Made by a program: the position numbers and the translations under genes
Shown here: one piece after another, positions 20,067 through 30,428 of the stretch
How positions within the stretch are numbered: position 1 is the first letter of the stretch
Layout: the number at the start of each line of letters is the position of its first letter
Notes under the pieces: model-generated
Databases searched by the model: none
Seen by the model: only the letters and a program-made list of their open reading frames with translations
What the model was told of the DNA's origin: nothing
Source of the DNA: Promethearchaeia archaeon
GTDB lineage: Archaea > Asgardarchaeota > Lokiarchaeia > Sigyniarchaeales > SOKP01
Direction of reading: 5' to 3'
DNA: 64,000 bases
Assembly (NCBI GenBank): GCA_046483985.1
Contig: JAWOCD010000057.1
Coordinates: 64,001 to 128,000 of the forward strand

Positions 20067-20927
20067 ATGATGTCATTCTCCCATATGGATTTCAAGTATA
20101 TCGATGCGCATACCCACTTTTTCCCTCCCAAAATCTTCAAAGCAATCTGGAAATTCTTTGAAATGAAAGATCACCAAGGGAATATAAGAGGATGGCCCAT
20201 AGAGTATAAACTGGGAATAAAGGACTTGGTTCAATTTTTGAAAGAAGAAAATGTGGAAGCTTATACCACCTATAATTATGCGCATAAAAAGGGAGTGGCC
20301 AAGTTCATAAATAAATGGACGGTCAATTTCGTTAAAGAACATCCAAATAGTATCCCGTTCGGGTGCGTGTGGCCAGACGATGAGGATAAGCAGGATTATG
20401 TGGAGAACTTACTCACCAAGCATAAGTTCAAAGGAATAAAAATCCAGCCCCTTGTCCAAAATTTTTATCCGTATGACCCGCGAATGGATGATGTCTATCA
20501 ATTAATTCTTGAGCATGAGAAATGGCTTACTATTCATGCGGGAACAGCCCCATATAGAAACAAATATGTAGGATTCGAATCCTTTGAAAAATTCATCGAG
20601 AAATATCCCAATATGCAAGTCATCGTCGCCCATATGGGTGCATTTGAATATAAAAAATTCCTTCGGCTCTTAGATCATTACGACAATCTCTATTTGGACA
20701 GCGCCATGGTCTTTATTCCCAATAATATCTTCCCCGAGCGGAAAGTCAAAAGACCAGACCCCAACCTATTACTCTCCTATCAGGACCGTATTCTTTTTGG
20801 AAGCGATTTCCCCAATATTCCTTATAAGTTTGAACAATCCAGCAAAGGATTTTTAGAGATGGAACTTCCACGAGACTTTTATGAAGATATTTTCTATAAT
20901 AATGCCAAGAGGCTGTTCGATCTGTAA
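20067..20927 (+). CDS. Amidohydrolase_2 family metal-dependent hydrolase
   Basis: IDAHTH, IHAG, AHMG, LFGSDFP. Confidence 0.9.
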   Translation: MMSFSHMDFKYIDAHTHFFPPKIFKAIWKFFEMKDHQGNIRGWPIEYKLGIKDLVQFLKEENVEAYTTYNYAHKKGVAKFINKWTVNFVKEHPNSIPFGCVWPDDEDKQDYVENLLTKHKFKGIKIQPLVQNFYPYDPRMDDVYQLILEHEKWLTIHAGTAPYRNKYVGFESFEKFIEKYPNMQVIVAHMGAFEYKKFLRLLDHYDNLYLDSAMVFIPNNIFPERKVKRPDPNLLLSYQDRILFGSDFPNIPYKFEQSSKGFLEMELPRDFYEDIFYNNAKRLFDL

Positions 20928-20971
20928 ATTCTAGTGGCAAAAAATAATAAGATAATAAGAGAGCAAAATTT

Positions 20972-21745
20972 TTACAAGAGAGAGAGGCTTAATGCCATAA
21001 TAAACATGCCAAATACTATCCCTATCATGGATGCTGATTCATTTCCAAAGCAATGGGAAACCGGTAATAACTCATCGATCGAGACGTAAACCATAATCCC
21101 TCCCACCATAGCAAGTAAGGCACTCAGAAACAATTCATTAATCATAGGAAGGAAAAACAGCCCGAAAATTAAGGCCCCTAACGGCTCTGACATTCCCGAG
21201 AAAAATGACATATAGAATGCTTTCTTTTTTTGGGGTTGATCACCTACACAACTAGGAACTGCTACTGCAATTCCCTCTGGAATGTTGTGCAAGGCAATAG
21301 CAATAGCTAAGACAATACCAATTTCCACATTATTGATAGTTCCGACCAACGTTGCAATGCCTTCAGGGAAGTTATGGATAAAAATACCCAAAAAGATGAA
21401 AACAGAGGTTTTTTCCATCCGTTTAGAAAAATTGGAATCACATTCCTCTTTGAAAAAGTTTTCGTCAACATGATATTTATGCGATAATCCTATATCTATT
21501 ACAAACATAATGCCCATACCGAGCAAAAAAAATAATGCGCCAATCAAAATCCCGTATACATCTATTGCTTCTTGAAGAAGCTCCGCAAAGGAAATAAAAA
21601 TCATGACTCCCGCCGAAAATCCCATAATAAATGATAAAAAGCGAACACTCGGTTTTTTTATAAATAAAGAGATGAGACCCCCTATTGCCGTGGACAGTCC
21701 CGCCAAGAATGACAATAACAAGGCGATAAGAAAAACGTCAAACAT
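20972..21745 (-). CDS. zupT: ZIP family divalent metal transporter
   Basis: HNFPEG, ALHNIPEG, SEPLGA, DELLP. Confidence 0.9.
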   Translation of the reverse strand: MFDVFLIALLLSFLAGLSTAIGGLISLFIKKPSVRFLSFIMGFSAGVMIFISFAELLQEAIDVYGILIGALFFLLGMGIMFVIDIGLSHKYHVDENFFKEECDSNFSKRMEKTSVFIFLGIFIHNFPEGIATLVGTINNVEIGIVLAIAIALHNIPEGIAVAVPSCVGDQPQKKKAFYMSFFSGMSEPLGALIFGLFFLPMINELFLSALLAMVGGIMVYVSIDELLPVSHCFGNESASMIGIVFGMFIMALSLSLL

Positions 21746-22275
21746 CTTAATTTTATATCTTTTCCGAGGTAATTAAAGTTAATTATTTTAAAGTTGATAA
21801 GTGAACAATCCCATTAAAAGTTTCATCTTCTATTTCTTCACTTGAAAGACTAAGATTTTTAAAAATATCAATACAAGCTTCTTTTCTCTTTGATATGGTT
21901 CATATTCTCATAATATAGTACTTAATAGATCAGTAATTTATTATAGATCTTTTTTAATAGGATTCGTACCCAGTAATATGGTATCAGATGGGGCGCCCGT
22001 CTTTAATAGAATCTATTTGGAAAAGAAACACATTCAATAACGATATTATCAGGATAAAATTGCCAAAGTATGTGAAGATTAAAGTTTTTTTGTTGTATTG
22101 CCTCCATAGCGGGAAAAACAATAATCGCTTTTCTTGCCATGTCTTATACGCTAAAAAAAATATAATCGGAAGCAATACCAACACTCATAATGTAGTTAAT
22201 AAATGTTTTATTCGATTAAAGAAGAAATTTAATAAGAATTTAATTATTTAAAATTCTTAATTGTGGTAAGCATAG

Positions 22276-23283
22276 ATGAGAGAAGTTACAGACAAGGATA
22301 AACTATTCTTTTTTTCAAATCATTGGGACACTCTTGATGGACTCTGGATCATAGAGACAGAAAATAGAATGGGATTTGATCGGGCGCTCCAGGTTGATCT
22401 CGCCGTCTGGGGTCGGCTGCTGAGAAAGATTATTAAGCGTGTAAAAAAACATCTAAATCTAAAGCAAAACAGTATTAAAAACCTAATACGGGTCCTCAGC
22501 TTTCGTTGGGCTGTGGAAGGATGGGATTTTGACCTACTAGACAACGGAACGATTAAAATCAATAAATGTCCCTATAATGAAAGCATGAAGCGCAATCCGG
22601 ACCGGCATGATAAAATCATCCCAATCTGCAAGGAGATGTGCATTCCATTCTATAAAGAAGTCGTTAACCACTACAATTCCAAGATTACGCTTAAACGGAA
22701 GTTTTTTCAAGGGTTAGATGATTCAACATACTGTGATTTTCAATTTTATCAAGATGGTGTAAAATATAAGCCTACAGAAAAGACAATTATGGATGAACTC
22801 GATGACGATGACAAATTATATTATTTTGAGAAAAACTTTTTTACTATGGACGACCTCTGGATTAGAGAGGTCGAAAATGAAACAGATTGGGCCACCGCAT
22901 TGGAAATTGATATTAAAGTATGGCAAAGATTATATAAAACCGCCTTCCGTCGAGTGGCACGTTATTTAGATCTTGAATCTAACACTCTTTATGATTTAAT
23001 CGAAATCCTTTCATTTTTGTGGGGTTGTGAGGGATATAAGTATAAAATCATCAAGAATACTGAAAAAGAAGCAATCATTCACATCACAGAATGTCCCTAT
23101 GAGGTTTCTATGCGCAGAAATCCGAATAGACATAACAAGCTCGAAGATATTTGCAAGAAGAGTTGCGTTCCTTTCTATGAACCTGCTCTTAAAAAATTTA
23201 ACCCAAAGATTACTTTGACAAAAACGAAATTCATCGAAACGGGTGATTCCGTCTGCAATTTTCATTTTCAAGTGGAGGAGTAG
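22276..23283 (+). CDS. Protein of two tandem DUF6125-like domains
   Basis: Internal duplication: DKLFFF..TLDGLWI..CPY..RNPDRH..C..C / DKLYYF..TMDDLWI..CPY..RNPNRH..C..C. Confidence 0.75.
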   Translation: MREVTDKDKLFFFSNHWDTLDGLWIIETENRMGFDRALQVDLAVWGRLLRKIIKRVKKHLNLKQNSIKNLIRVLSFRWAVEGWDFDLLDNGTIKINKCPYNESMKRNPDRHDKIIPICKEMCIPFYKEVVNHYNSKITLKRKFFQGLDDSTYCDFQFYQDGVKYKPTEKTIMDELDDDDKLYYFEKNFFTMDDLWIREVENETDWATALEIDIKVWQRLYKTAFRRVARYLDLESNTLYDLIEILSFLWGCEGYKYKIIKNTEKEAIIHITECPYEVSMRRNPNRHNKLEDICKKSCVPFYEPALKKFNPKITLTKTKFIETGDSVCNFHFQVEE

Positions 23284-23290
23284 TGAATCA

Positions 23291-23749
23291 ATGGACTCTT
23301 TAGACTCTGATAAGTGGGATGTTCTCGATTATCTGAAATTACTTCCAGGGATCATTTTTGCTGGTCTTATTTTCTACTTATCCTCCTTGGAAAATCCAGT
23401 TCCCTCACAGGCTGCGGAAACAATAGACTTTTTCGATGTAAATACCGTTCTCCATATTGCGGAATATGCTGTGTTTAGTTTCTTGTTGGCATTTGGATTA
23501 TCTTCAAAGTTAGAGTATTATAAAATTACGATCATTGGGATTTTATACGCTTTTTCCGATGAGGTTCACCAGTATTTTGTTCCCACTCGCTTTTTTGATA
23601 TTTTTGACATTCTTGCCGACGGAATAGGCGTGGTTATTGGAATTCTCGGATATTTAATTTTCTTAATGCTGCTGAAAGGATTAAAGCAGATGAATAAAAA
23701 TATCGAAAATAAAAAGAAAAAAAAAGAACAAAGATCGGATTCGGCTTGA
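23291..23749 (+). CDS. VanZ family membrane protein
   Basis: HIAEYAVF, DEVHQYFVPTR, DILAD; ATG at 23291 preferred over the overlapping upstream start. Confidence 0.85.
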   Translation: MDSLDSDKWDVLDYLKLLPGIIFAGLIFYLSSLENPVPSQAAETIDFFDVNTVLHIAEYAVFSFLLAFGLSSKLEYYKITIIGILYAFSDEVHQYFVPTRFFDIFDILADGIGVVIGILGYLIFLMLLKGLKQMNKNIENKKKKKEQRSDSA

Positions 23750-23769
23750 ACTACTCACGCCTAAAGGGG
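23747..23769 (-). mobile_element. Truncated IS200/IS605 right-end motif
   Basis: Minus strand CCCCTTTAGGCGTGAGTAGTTCA, homologous to 7809-7840. Confidence 0.55.
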
Positions 23770-24117
23770 TTATCCATCTAAAAGAGTAAGAAATTTCTCA
23801 ATATTTTCTTTATGGCTTTCTTTTTTCTCTTTGGGAACATCAGAGAGATCACTCACACTTTTTATTAAATTTTTCCGAAGTAATTTTTGCAATGTGGTTT
23901 TAATCAGATTAGTCCTTAGGTCAATTCGGTTTTGAGTCACCATGCCTTTAATCACAGCATATTCATTTTTGGAAATAAAGCCTAACTTGTTTAACAACTG
24001 ATAATAGTTAAGGTCTGCATCTTGGTTATCGAAATTCTTTCGGTTTAAGATTCTTCTCGGTTTGACCACTTCATACTCCTCTAAATTGGTTAAATTTTGC
24101 ATTTCATACGACTCCAA
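23770..24117 (-). CDS. Hypothetical protein, possibly a gene fragment
   Basis: 115-aa ORF with TTG start ending at an IS end motif; upstream DNA looks decayed. Confidence 0.4.
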   Translation of the reverse strand: MESYEMQNLTNLEEYEVVKPRRILNRKNFDNQDADLNYYQLLNKLGFISKNEYAVIKGMVTQNRIDLRTNLIKTTLQKLLRKNLIKSVSDLSDVPKEKKESHKENIEKFLTLLDG

Positions 24118-24664
24118 TTTCTGTATAATTAATCATATTTTTGAATAGTATTTCTTCTTTTTTAGATGAGTATAATATTTGGATGAATACAGGAGAACAA
24201 AATGGAATGAAGTGATTATTAAGAACCTCGGAAAATGTCCAAGAATTTTTTAATTTCGTTACCAGCAGATTTTTCTAAAGAAGAAGAGGCATTTTTCCTA
24301 ACAATAAGTAGCCCAATCGTTTTACTCCCTTAAGTTAAAAAGATAATGAACGAACAATCTAAGTTTATTATTCTTCGGAAAAGGAAAAAAAGTCGTTATG
24401 AACCTTTTTGAGATGTTAATGCTGAGAGGATTAATGCTCTTATCATCTCCGCCTCGCTCTTGTTTAAGAATTAATTTTGCATTTGCAATCTTAAACCTAT
24501 GTTCTACTGTAAGAGAGATTTTAATATGTTGCTCATTAACTCTTGGTTTTTATTGAACGAATTGCATTAACTATTGCGAACTAAAATCTATCCGTTTGTT
24601 TAAACTCGTTCATAGCAATTTTTATTTTTTCAAAAATAAAACGAATTTCGTATTTAGATTTATT

Positions 24665-25825
24665 CTATTCTAAGTCTAGAGGATATTTCCCATACTTTTT
24701 TCCGGCATCGATCATCCATTCAAGATTTTGGACGGAGATTTCGGGGTGAAAATTGGCCGGTGAGAGCATCCCACCTCCATCAGGACCGAGGGCTTTCACC
24801 GCCGCTTTAACAGCATCTTCCACTTCTTGCTTTTCAGCATCAAATAAAATATGGCGAGTATCAATATTACCAGAGAGACATAATTTATCTCCGATCTTTT
24901 TCTTCACATCATAAGGATCCACGATGGGGGGTTCTAAGCATTGTAAACCATCAAATCCTGATTCTACAATAAAATCCAAAAGATCTGAGATATCTCCATC
25001 TGTATGTAGGATATATTTGCCGCCCCAGTCGTGAATTGCCTCGGCAACTTCCTGATAGCGAGGTAGCAAATATTTTTCGAAATATTTGGGATTGATCATT
25101 GGGCCTCCTTGATGTGCGATATCTCCTCCCTCTAAAAAGATTTTTGCCCCGCAGTCCGCGTATGCCTCAAAGGTTTTCAACACATAATCGGTTGTAAAAC
25201 GGAAGCGCTCTTCAATTAATTCTGGATCATTTTTCAGGGCACGGGCAAAATTTGCCATACCCATTCCTTGCCATACTGGAGGAAAGATTGATGTAAGTGC
25301 ATTTTGCGCAACTATACAAATATCATCCTTAATATCTCTGCATTTTCTTTGGACTCCTTTATAAAACTTTTTGGCCTTCTTATATTCTTCATCTAAGTCT
25401 GGCTTTGGAAAATTTTCCCAATCTTCACGATCTTTAATAGATCCTCCATAATAGTCGGGATAGGGATTTCCATCGATATTTTTTAGTTTATATCTTTTTC
25501 CGAAAATATCCGTCATCTCCTCCTTATTTTCTAAAACAAAAGGAATATATTGGACACCCACCCCATCAAATCCTAATTTGTGAGCCGCCCGAACACATTT
25601 TGCGAAAACTGAGATTTCAATTTCATTAAAAATTCCATTAATCTTGTCAATCCATCTATCTGGATAATTTTCAGACATCTGGTCGAAAATATCGAACACA
25701 TCTCGCTCAGGGGTGCCTAAGATTTTATCTGCTACATTTCCATCAATATTGATTGTATGAATCGGCATTCTATCTGGTTTTTCCAGAGAAATGGCCGTCC
25801 ACATTCGTTCAAAACTTTTATTCAT
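24665..25825 (-). CDS. Uroporphyrinogen decarboxylase / MtaA-like methyltransferase family protein
   Basis: KPDRMP, GDIAHQGGPMINP, HTDG, GNID. Confidence 0.85.
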   Translation of the reverse strand: MNKSFERMWTAISLEKPDRMPIHTINIDGNVADKILGTPERDVFDIFDQMSENYPDRWIDKINGIFNEIEISVFAKCVRAAHKLGFDGVGVQYIPFVLENKEEMTDIFGKRYKLKNIDGNPYPDYYGGSIKDREDWENFPKPDLDEEYKKAKKFYKGVQRKCRDIKDDICIVAQNALTSIFPPVWQGMGMANFARALKNDPELIEERFRFTTDYVLKTFEAYADCGAKIFLEGGDIAHQGGPMINPKYFEKYLLPRYQEVAEAIHDWGGKYILHTDGDISDLLDFIVESGFDGLQCLEPPIVDPYDVKKKIGDKLCLSGNIDTRHILFDAEKQEVEDAVKAAVKALGPDGGGMLSPANFHPEISVQNLEWMIDAGKKYGKYPLDLE

Positions 25826-25913
25826 CTTATATTATTCTAGTCATTCCAAGAAAATAACTATTTCCTAGAATATCTAAATTTTTATATCCTAATTTATTAT
25901 TAAATAGTGAAAA

Positions 25914-26414
25914 ATGACTCGCAAGGAAGAACAAAGGGATAAAGAAGATTATCATGGTGTTGCACCTATTTCTCATATCGTAAAAAGAATGAAAAAGGAA
26001 TACGATAAGGACCCTAAAAATTGGAGAGTAGTAGGGTTCAAGGACGAGAAGGGGAATGATGACACCTTTATCACTAAAAAACCAAATACATACTGGTTAA
26101 AGTCAAAGCAATTATCTCCCTTTTCTTCATTATCTATGGGTTCTGTAGTGAGAAATATTGACAGAGATATTGATGAAGAGATTGGCAATAAAATGAGCAA
26201 AAAAGATATGATCCGCTTATTTGGGATGGCGGTACCCGTAAAAAAGGATAAAAATATTATTGCATCAGGAATTGAAAAATATTCCGAAACCCATGGCGGA
26301 CATATCAGAAAAATAATTAATGAACGGAAGCCTAATGTCGGTCCTCAATTAACAAAACGGATTGAGGAAAAGTTCACAAGAAAACATCCTCAACGAAAAA
26401 ATCTGTACTTATAA
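25914..26414 (+). CDS. Hypothetical basic protein
   Basis: 166-aa ORF with host-like composition. Confidence 0.7.
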   Translation: MTRKEEQRDKEDYHGVAPISHIVKRMKKEYDKDPKNWRVVGFKDEKGNDDTFITKKPNTYWLKSKQLSPFSSLSMGSVVRNIDRDIDEEIGNKMSKKDMIRLFGMAVPVKKDKNIIASGIEKYSETHGGHIRKIINERKPNVGPQLTKRIEEKFTRKHPQRKNLYL

Positions 26415-26441
26415 AAAGAGTAAGAAAAGAGAAATAAAATT

Positions 26442-26858
26442 TTATACTTTTTCTTTTAGAACATCTAATCCATCCTTGCTTTTCACTATTTGGAGATGTT
26501 CTGAATACTTTTCACTATTTTGGATTAATTCTTCGACTACCGCTTTCATTTTCGCAGGACCGGGTTTTCCTTCGATTTTGGAGTCAAATTGTTTAAAATC
26601 TATAACTTTAAAGTCTTTGACGTAATAAGGGAGCCCCTTAGTGAGTTCTTCAAATAAAAGTTGATATGCAAAGGATGCGCTTTTTTCTCCTCGTTTTAGT
26701 GGATCATCCTCGGCCGGTGTATAGACCACTTCAGTCCATCGGTTACCATCGTCATCAGCAGGTACTAATCCATAAATATAATCTTCAGTATAAATCCATA
26801 TCGGCTGTATAGCCTTGTCAAAAGATGTTTCAACAATTTTTAAAAATTCTTCGCTCAT
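26442..26858 (-). CDS. Hypothetical protein
   Basis: 138-aa ORF with host-like composition. Confidence 0.75.
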   Translation of the reverse strand: MSEEFLKIVETSFDKAIQPIWIYTEDYIYGLVPADDDGNRWTEVVYTPAEDDPLKRGEKSASFAYQLLFEELTKGLPYYVKDFKVIDFKQFDSKIEGKPGPAKMKAVVEELIQNSEKYSEHLQIVKSKDGLDVLKEKV

Positions 26859-26987
26859 TATAATATTTCATTCTTTTTTTATCTATATTAAATTAAAATT
26901 AATACATTAAGTAATAATGCAAAAAAATTTTAAAACTCTTTTGATAAATAGAATTTATATTTATAACCGAAAATTTGGATAATTAAA

Positions 26988-27764
26988 ATGAGACATTTAG
27001 ATTATAAGACACTTACAGAGAATATACAAGATTGGATTAGGGAATATACAGAAAAAGCTGGAAGTGAAGGAATTGTAGTGGGATTAAGCGGAGGGATAGA
27101 TAGTTCCGTAACTGCTGCACTTTCAGTCCGCGCAATTGGAAAAAATAATGTGCTAGGATTTAGTCTTCCATGCAATTCCATGCCTAAAGATTATGAGGAT
27201 GCAAAATTAATCGCTGAATTTTTGGATATTGATTTCCGTGTCGTTGATCTTTCCTCTATATATGATGAATGTAAAGATATCTTTCTTCCAAAACTCCAAG
27301 TGGAAAAGAATATTAAAATAGCTAAAGCAAACATTAAACCTCGGTTACGTATGGTAACTCTCTATTTTTTTGGTCAAGCAGAGGGAAATTATTTGATCGG
27401 CGGGACTGGAAACCGAACCGAGATTGCGATAGGTTATTTTACTAAATATGGAGATGGAGGTGTTGATATTGAACCACTTGGCACTTTGTATAAAAGCGAG
27501 GTATATGAAGTCGCACAAATATTAGATGTTCCCAAAAAGATTATAAATAGGGCTCCTTCTGCAGGTCTATGGAAAGAACAAACTGACGAGGGAGAGATTG
27601 GAATTACTTATGATGAGTTAGATGAAATTCTTTACAGAATAGATTCTAATTTATCATTAGATGAACTTAACCAAAAGAATGTAAAAAAAGTTAAAAAAAT
27701 GTTGAACTCTTCAGAACATAAAAAAAAAATGCCCCCCGTATATAAAATAAAACAAGGAGATTAA
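26988..27764 (+). CDS. nadE: NH3-dependent NAD+ synthetase
   Basis: GLSGGIDS, NIKPRLRM, GYFTKYGDGG, PSAGLW..QTDE. Confidence 0.96.
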   Translation: MRHLDYKTLTENIQDWIREYTEKAGSEGIVVGLSGGIDSSVTAALSVRAIGKNNVLGFSLPCNSMPKDYEDAKLIAEFLDIDFRVVDLSSIYDECKDIFLPKLQVEKNIKIAKANIKPRLRMVTLYFFGQAEGNYLIGGTGNRTEIAIGYFTKYGDGGVDIEPLGTLYKSEVYEVAQILDVPKKIINRAPSAGLWKEQTDEGEIGITYDELDEILYRIDSNLSLDELNQKNVKKVKKMLNSSEHKKKMPPVYKIKQGD

Positions 27765-29290
27765 ATATTAGAGATAATCTTCCGAATGCTCGTAATTCTC
27801 TGGGAAATTTCGTCTAATTTATATTTCAACTCATCTCCCTTATTTTTAAACTCAAAATCGTCAACGGACCCTTTCTTATAGGATTTTTCTAATTCCTTAT
27901 AATTTTTTTCGAGAGAATATCGCCGACCTTCTAATGCAATTAATTCTTGGTACAAGGATTCTTTATCTTTAGGTAAATCCTCCTCGGAAAATGAAGCCTC
28001 CCTTTTTCTTGCCCCGGCTTGAGATTCATCGAATCCAAATATTGGTTTAGTTTTAATTTTTCCTCCTCCCGGAGCTTCCCCTCTTTTCCGTTTTCTGCCT
28101 CCTCTTTTTCGAGGAGGGGGGGCATTTTTAGATACTGGTTGCACGTTTTTCTCCGGATCTTTTTTACGTTTGGGTTTTTTTTTTGATCTGCCTACTGAGG
28201 AGAAAACATTAAAAAGATCATCACTTTTGGCTTGTTCTTCCTCTTCTGTATCGGAAACTTCTACTACTTTTACGGGTGAAATTTTAGGCTTTTTTTTCGC
28301 TCCTGGTGAGACCTTTGGTTTTTCAGTAGAAGCTGGCGAAATTTTGGGCTTTTCTTGAGTCACAGGGGATATCTTCTGTTTCTGTTGAGCTTCAGGTTTA
28401 GTTTTTGTTTTTTCGGTGGACCCAGGAGATACCTTCGGTTTCTGAGGAGATACAGGTGAAATTTTGGGCTTCTCCTTCACTTGTGGTGTAGTTTGCTCTT
28501 TCGGTTTTGGCTTCTCCTTCGGTTCCGGCTGCTTTTGCGGTTGTACTTTCACTTGTGGTGTAGTTTGCTCTTTCGGTTTTGGCTTCCCTTTCGGTTCCGG
28601 CTGCTTTTTAGATTCTTGTTTCTTTTCGGATTTTTTCTCCGGACCACCAATATGAGGTATTTTAATCTCTGGAGGGGGTAATTTCGACTTTTTTTTAGAT
28701 TTTTTCGCTTTTGGTTTCACTCTTTCGGATTTTTCTTCCTTTTTTGGCTCTTTTTTTGCTTTCGGCTCTTCTTGTAACTTTTTTTCCTTCTCTTTTAACT
28801 CTTCCTTTAAATTTTCGATTTTACTTTTTAATCCTTCAATTGTGCCTTTAAATTCTTCGGATACTTGGGCAACGATTTGATCTATGTCAATATTCTGGGC
28901 GATTTCACCCTTTTCGGAAACCTCAGCGGATTTAGCTGCTTCCTTTTCAAATGCTTCCTCAATTGCTTTTTCTTTCTCCTTTGTGGGTTTTGCTTCAGTT
29001 TGTTTCTTACCTTGAGCTAACTCTACAACACGTTCAATATTATCTGATAATCCTTCAACTTCATTAAACCATAACTCTAGTGTATCCCAATTTTCTAATT
29101 TATCCAAAGCTGTCTCTATAGGATTTTTAAGTTCGCTATTTTTATTGAATTTTTCTAGCTCTTTGAATTTTTTAATCAATTTTTCCCTTGCCTCGATCTC
29201 ATCATCAGGCGTAGGTTCTTCATCACGTAAAAAAATTAAAATCTCTTTTATCTCTTGTATCGTTGAATTAAATTTTTCTTCATTACTCAT
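27761..29290 (-). CDS. Coiled-coil protein with a long Lys/Pro-rich disordered linker
   Basis: Helical N- and C-termini; six KPK[IV]SP-type repeats; duplicated KQPEPK..EQTTPQVK. Confidence 0.8.
   Translation of the reverse strand: MSNEEKFNSTIQEIKEILIFLRDEEPTPDDEIEAREKLIKKFKELEKFNKNSELKNPIETALDKLENWDTLELWFNEVEGLSDNIERVVELAQGKKQTEAKPTKEKEKAIEEAFEKEAAKSAEVSEKGEIAQNIDIDQIVAQVSEEFKGTIEGLKSKIENLKEELKEKEKKLQEEPKAKKEPKKEEKSERVKPKAKKSKKKSKLPPPEIKIPHIGGPEKKSEKKQESKKQPEPKGKPKPKEQTTPQVKVQPQKQPEPKEKPKPKEQTTPQVKEKPKISPVSPQKPKVSPGSTEKTKTKPEAQQKQKISPVTQEKPKISPASTEKPKVSPGAKKKPKISPVKVVEVSDTEEEEQAKSDDLFNVFSSVGRSKKKPKRKKDPEKNVQPVSKNAPPPRKRGGRKRKRGEAPGGGKIKTKPIFGFDESQAGARKREASFSEEDLPKDKESLYQELIALEGRRYSLEKNYKELEKSYKKGSVDDFEFKNKGDELKYKLDEISQRITSIRKIISNI
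28476..28608. repeat. Near-perfect ~61-bp direct repeat, period 72 bp, inside the CDS
   Basis: TTCACTTGTGGTGTAGTTTGCTCTTTCGGTTTTGGCTT...GGTTCCGGCTGCTTTT at 28476 and 28548. Confidence 0.9.
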
Positions 29291-29462
29291 ATCAGATCAT
29301 TCAATAAACATTATCTTATGTATCTTATTTCTCTTAAGTTAATATTATAATTGTAGTAATATAATTTTATTTATTCTAAGATAATTATGACTAAAATGAC
29401 TGTTAGAGTCTGTTAATCTTTGTTAATAAAGAAAAAGATATTTTATTAGTTATTTTGAGAAA

Positions 29463-29852
29463 TTATACTCGACGACCGCGATGTCCACCTTTTCGGCGAC
29501 AATGATCGTGAGATTTTGGTGTGACTTCTTCAATTCTTCCTATTTGAAGGCCAGCACGTGCTAATGCTCTAATGCATGCTTGTGCTCCTGGACCCGGAGC
29601 TTGTGACTTATTCCCTCCTGGAGCCCTAACTTTAATATGAATTGAATTAATCCCGATTGATTTTAACGTATCTGCTACTCGGAAACCACATTGCATGGCT
29701 GCATATGGATTTGATTCTTCACGATCCGCTTTTACAACCATTCCACCACTACATTTAGCGAACGTCTCAGCGCCACTTAAATCTGTAGCAGTGACAATCG
29801 TGTTGTTGTAAGAACTCATAATGTGCACAATACTCCATTTCTGACTACTCAT
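29463..29852 (-). CDS. rps11: 30S ribosomal protein uS11
   Basis: [37 protein letters not shown]. Confidence 0.97.
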   Translation of the reverse strand: MSSQKWSIVHIMSSYNNTIVTATDLSGAETFAKCSGGMVVKADREESNPYAAMQCGFRVADTLKSIGINSIHIKVRAPGGNKSQAPGPGAQACIRALARAGLQIGRIEEVTPKSHDHCRRKGGHRGRRV

Positions 29853-29907
29853 TTTTAATCAACTCTTTTTCTGAAAGTATAATTTTTATTAAGAATATTA
29901 TGATAAT

Positions 29908-30399
29908 TTAAGACGTAACAAAGGGTGAATTAGGGGCAAAGGCAATAGATTCTTCCTCCGCTTTTTTGACTAAATAAGAGGGGGAATTAACTTTTTTTCC
30001 ACCTACTTGAACATGACCATGAACTACAAACTGACGGGCTTGATATACGGTTTTTGCTAACCCTTTTTCGTAGACTAGAGTTTGCAGACGTCGTTTCAAA
30101 ACATCTTCCACAGTTAAACGGAGCACATCTTCAAATTCTGCATCAGCACCTAAAATACCAAGCCGATTGAGTTTTTTAATTAGTGTTTGCTGTACATCTC
30201 TTGCTTGTTCTTCTGGTAATGCTCGTGAGGAGCGGGCTTGATCCCTCCATCTACCTAAAATACTACGCGTTTTCCAGAATTCTTTTTTATTACGCAAGCC
30301 ATATTTACCTATAAACTCTAATTCTTCATAAATTCTATTCTTATTAAAGGGTTGGTTCGGTTTCGCGTACTTTTTCTTTAGTTTTCGTGGGTCTCCCAT
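29908..30399 (-). CDS. rps4: 30S ribosomal protein uS4
   Basis: [30 protein letters not shown]. Confidence 0.97.
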   Translation of the reverse strand: MGDPRKLKKKYAKPNQPFNKNRIYEELEFIGKYGLRNKKEFWKTRSILGRWRDQARSSRALPEEQARDVQQTLIKKLNRLGILGADAEFEDVLRLTVEDVLKRRLQTLVYEKGLAKTVYQARQFVVHGHVQVGGKKVNSPSYLVKKAEEESIAFAPNSPFVTS

Positions 30400-30428
30400 A
30401 ATCTTATAACCTATTTATTAAATTTTAA

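Noticed and set aside
21984-22251. Overlapping short ORFs on both strands
   Set aside because: Low-complexity AT-rich sequence with no motifs; cannot support either as a gene
24120-24620. Decayed minus-strand coding-like sequence (..KSEAEMIRALILSAL..)
   Set aside because: Multiple TAA/TAG stops and too little signal to assign a family
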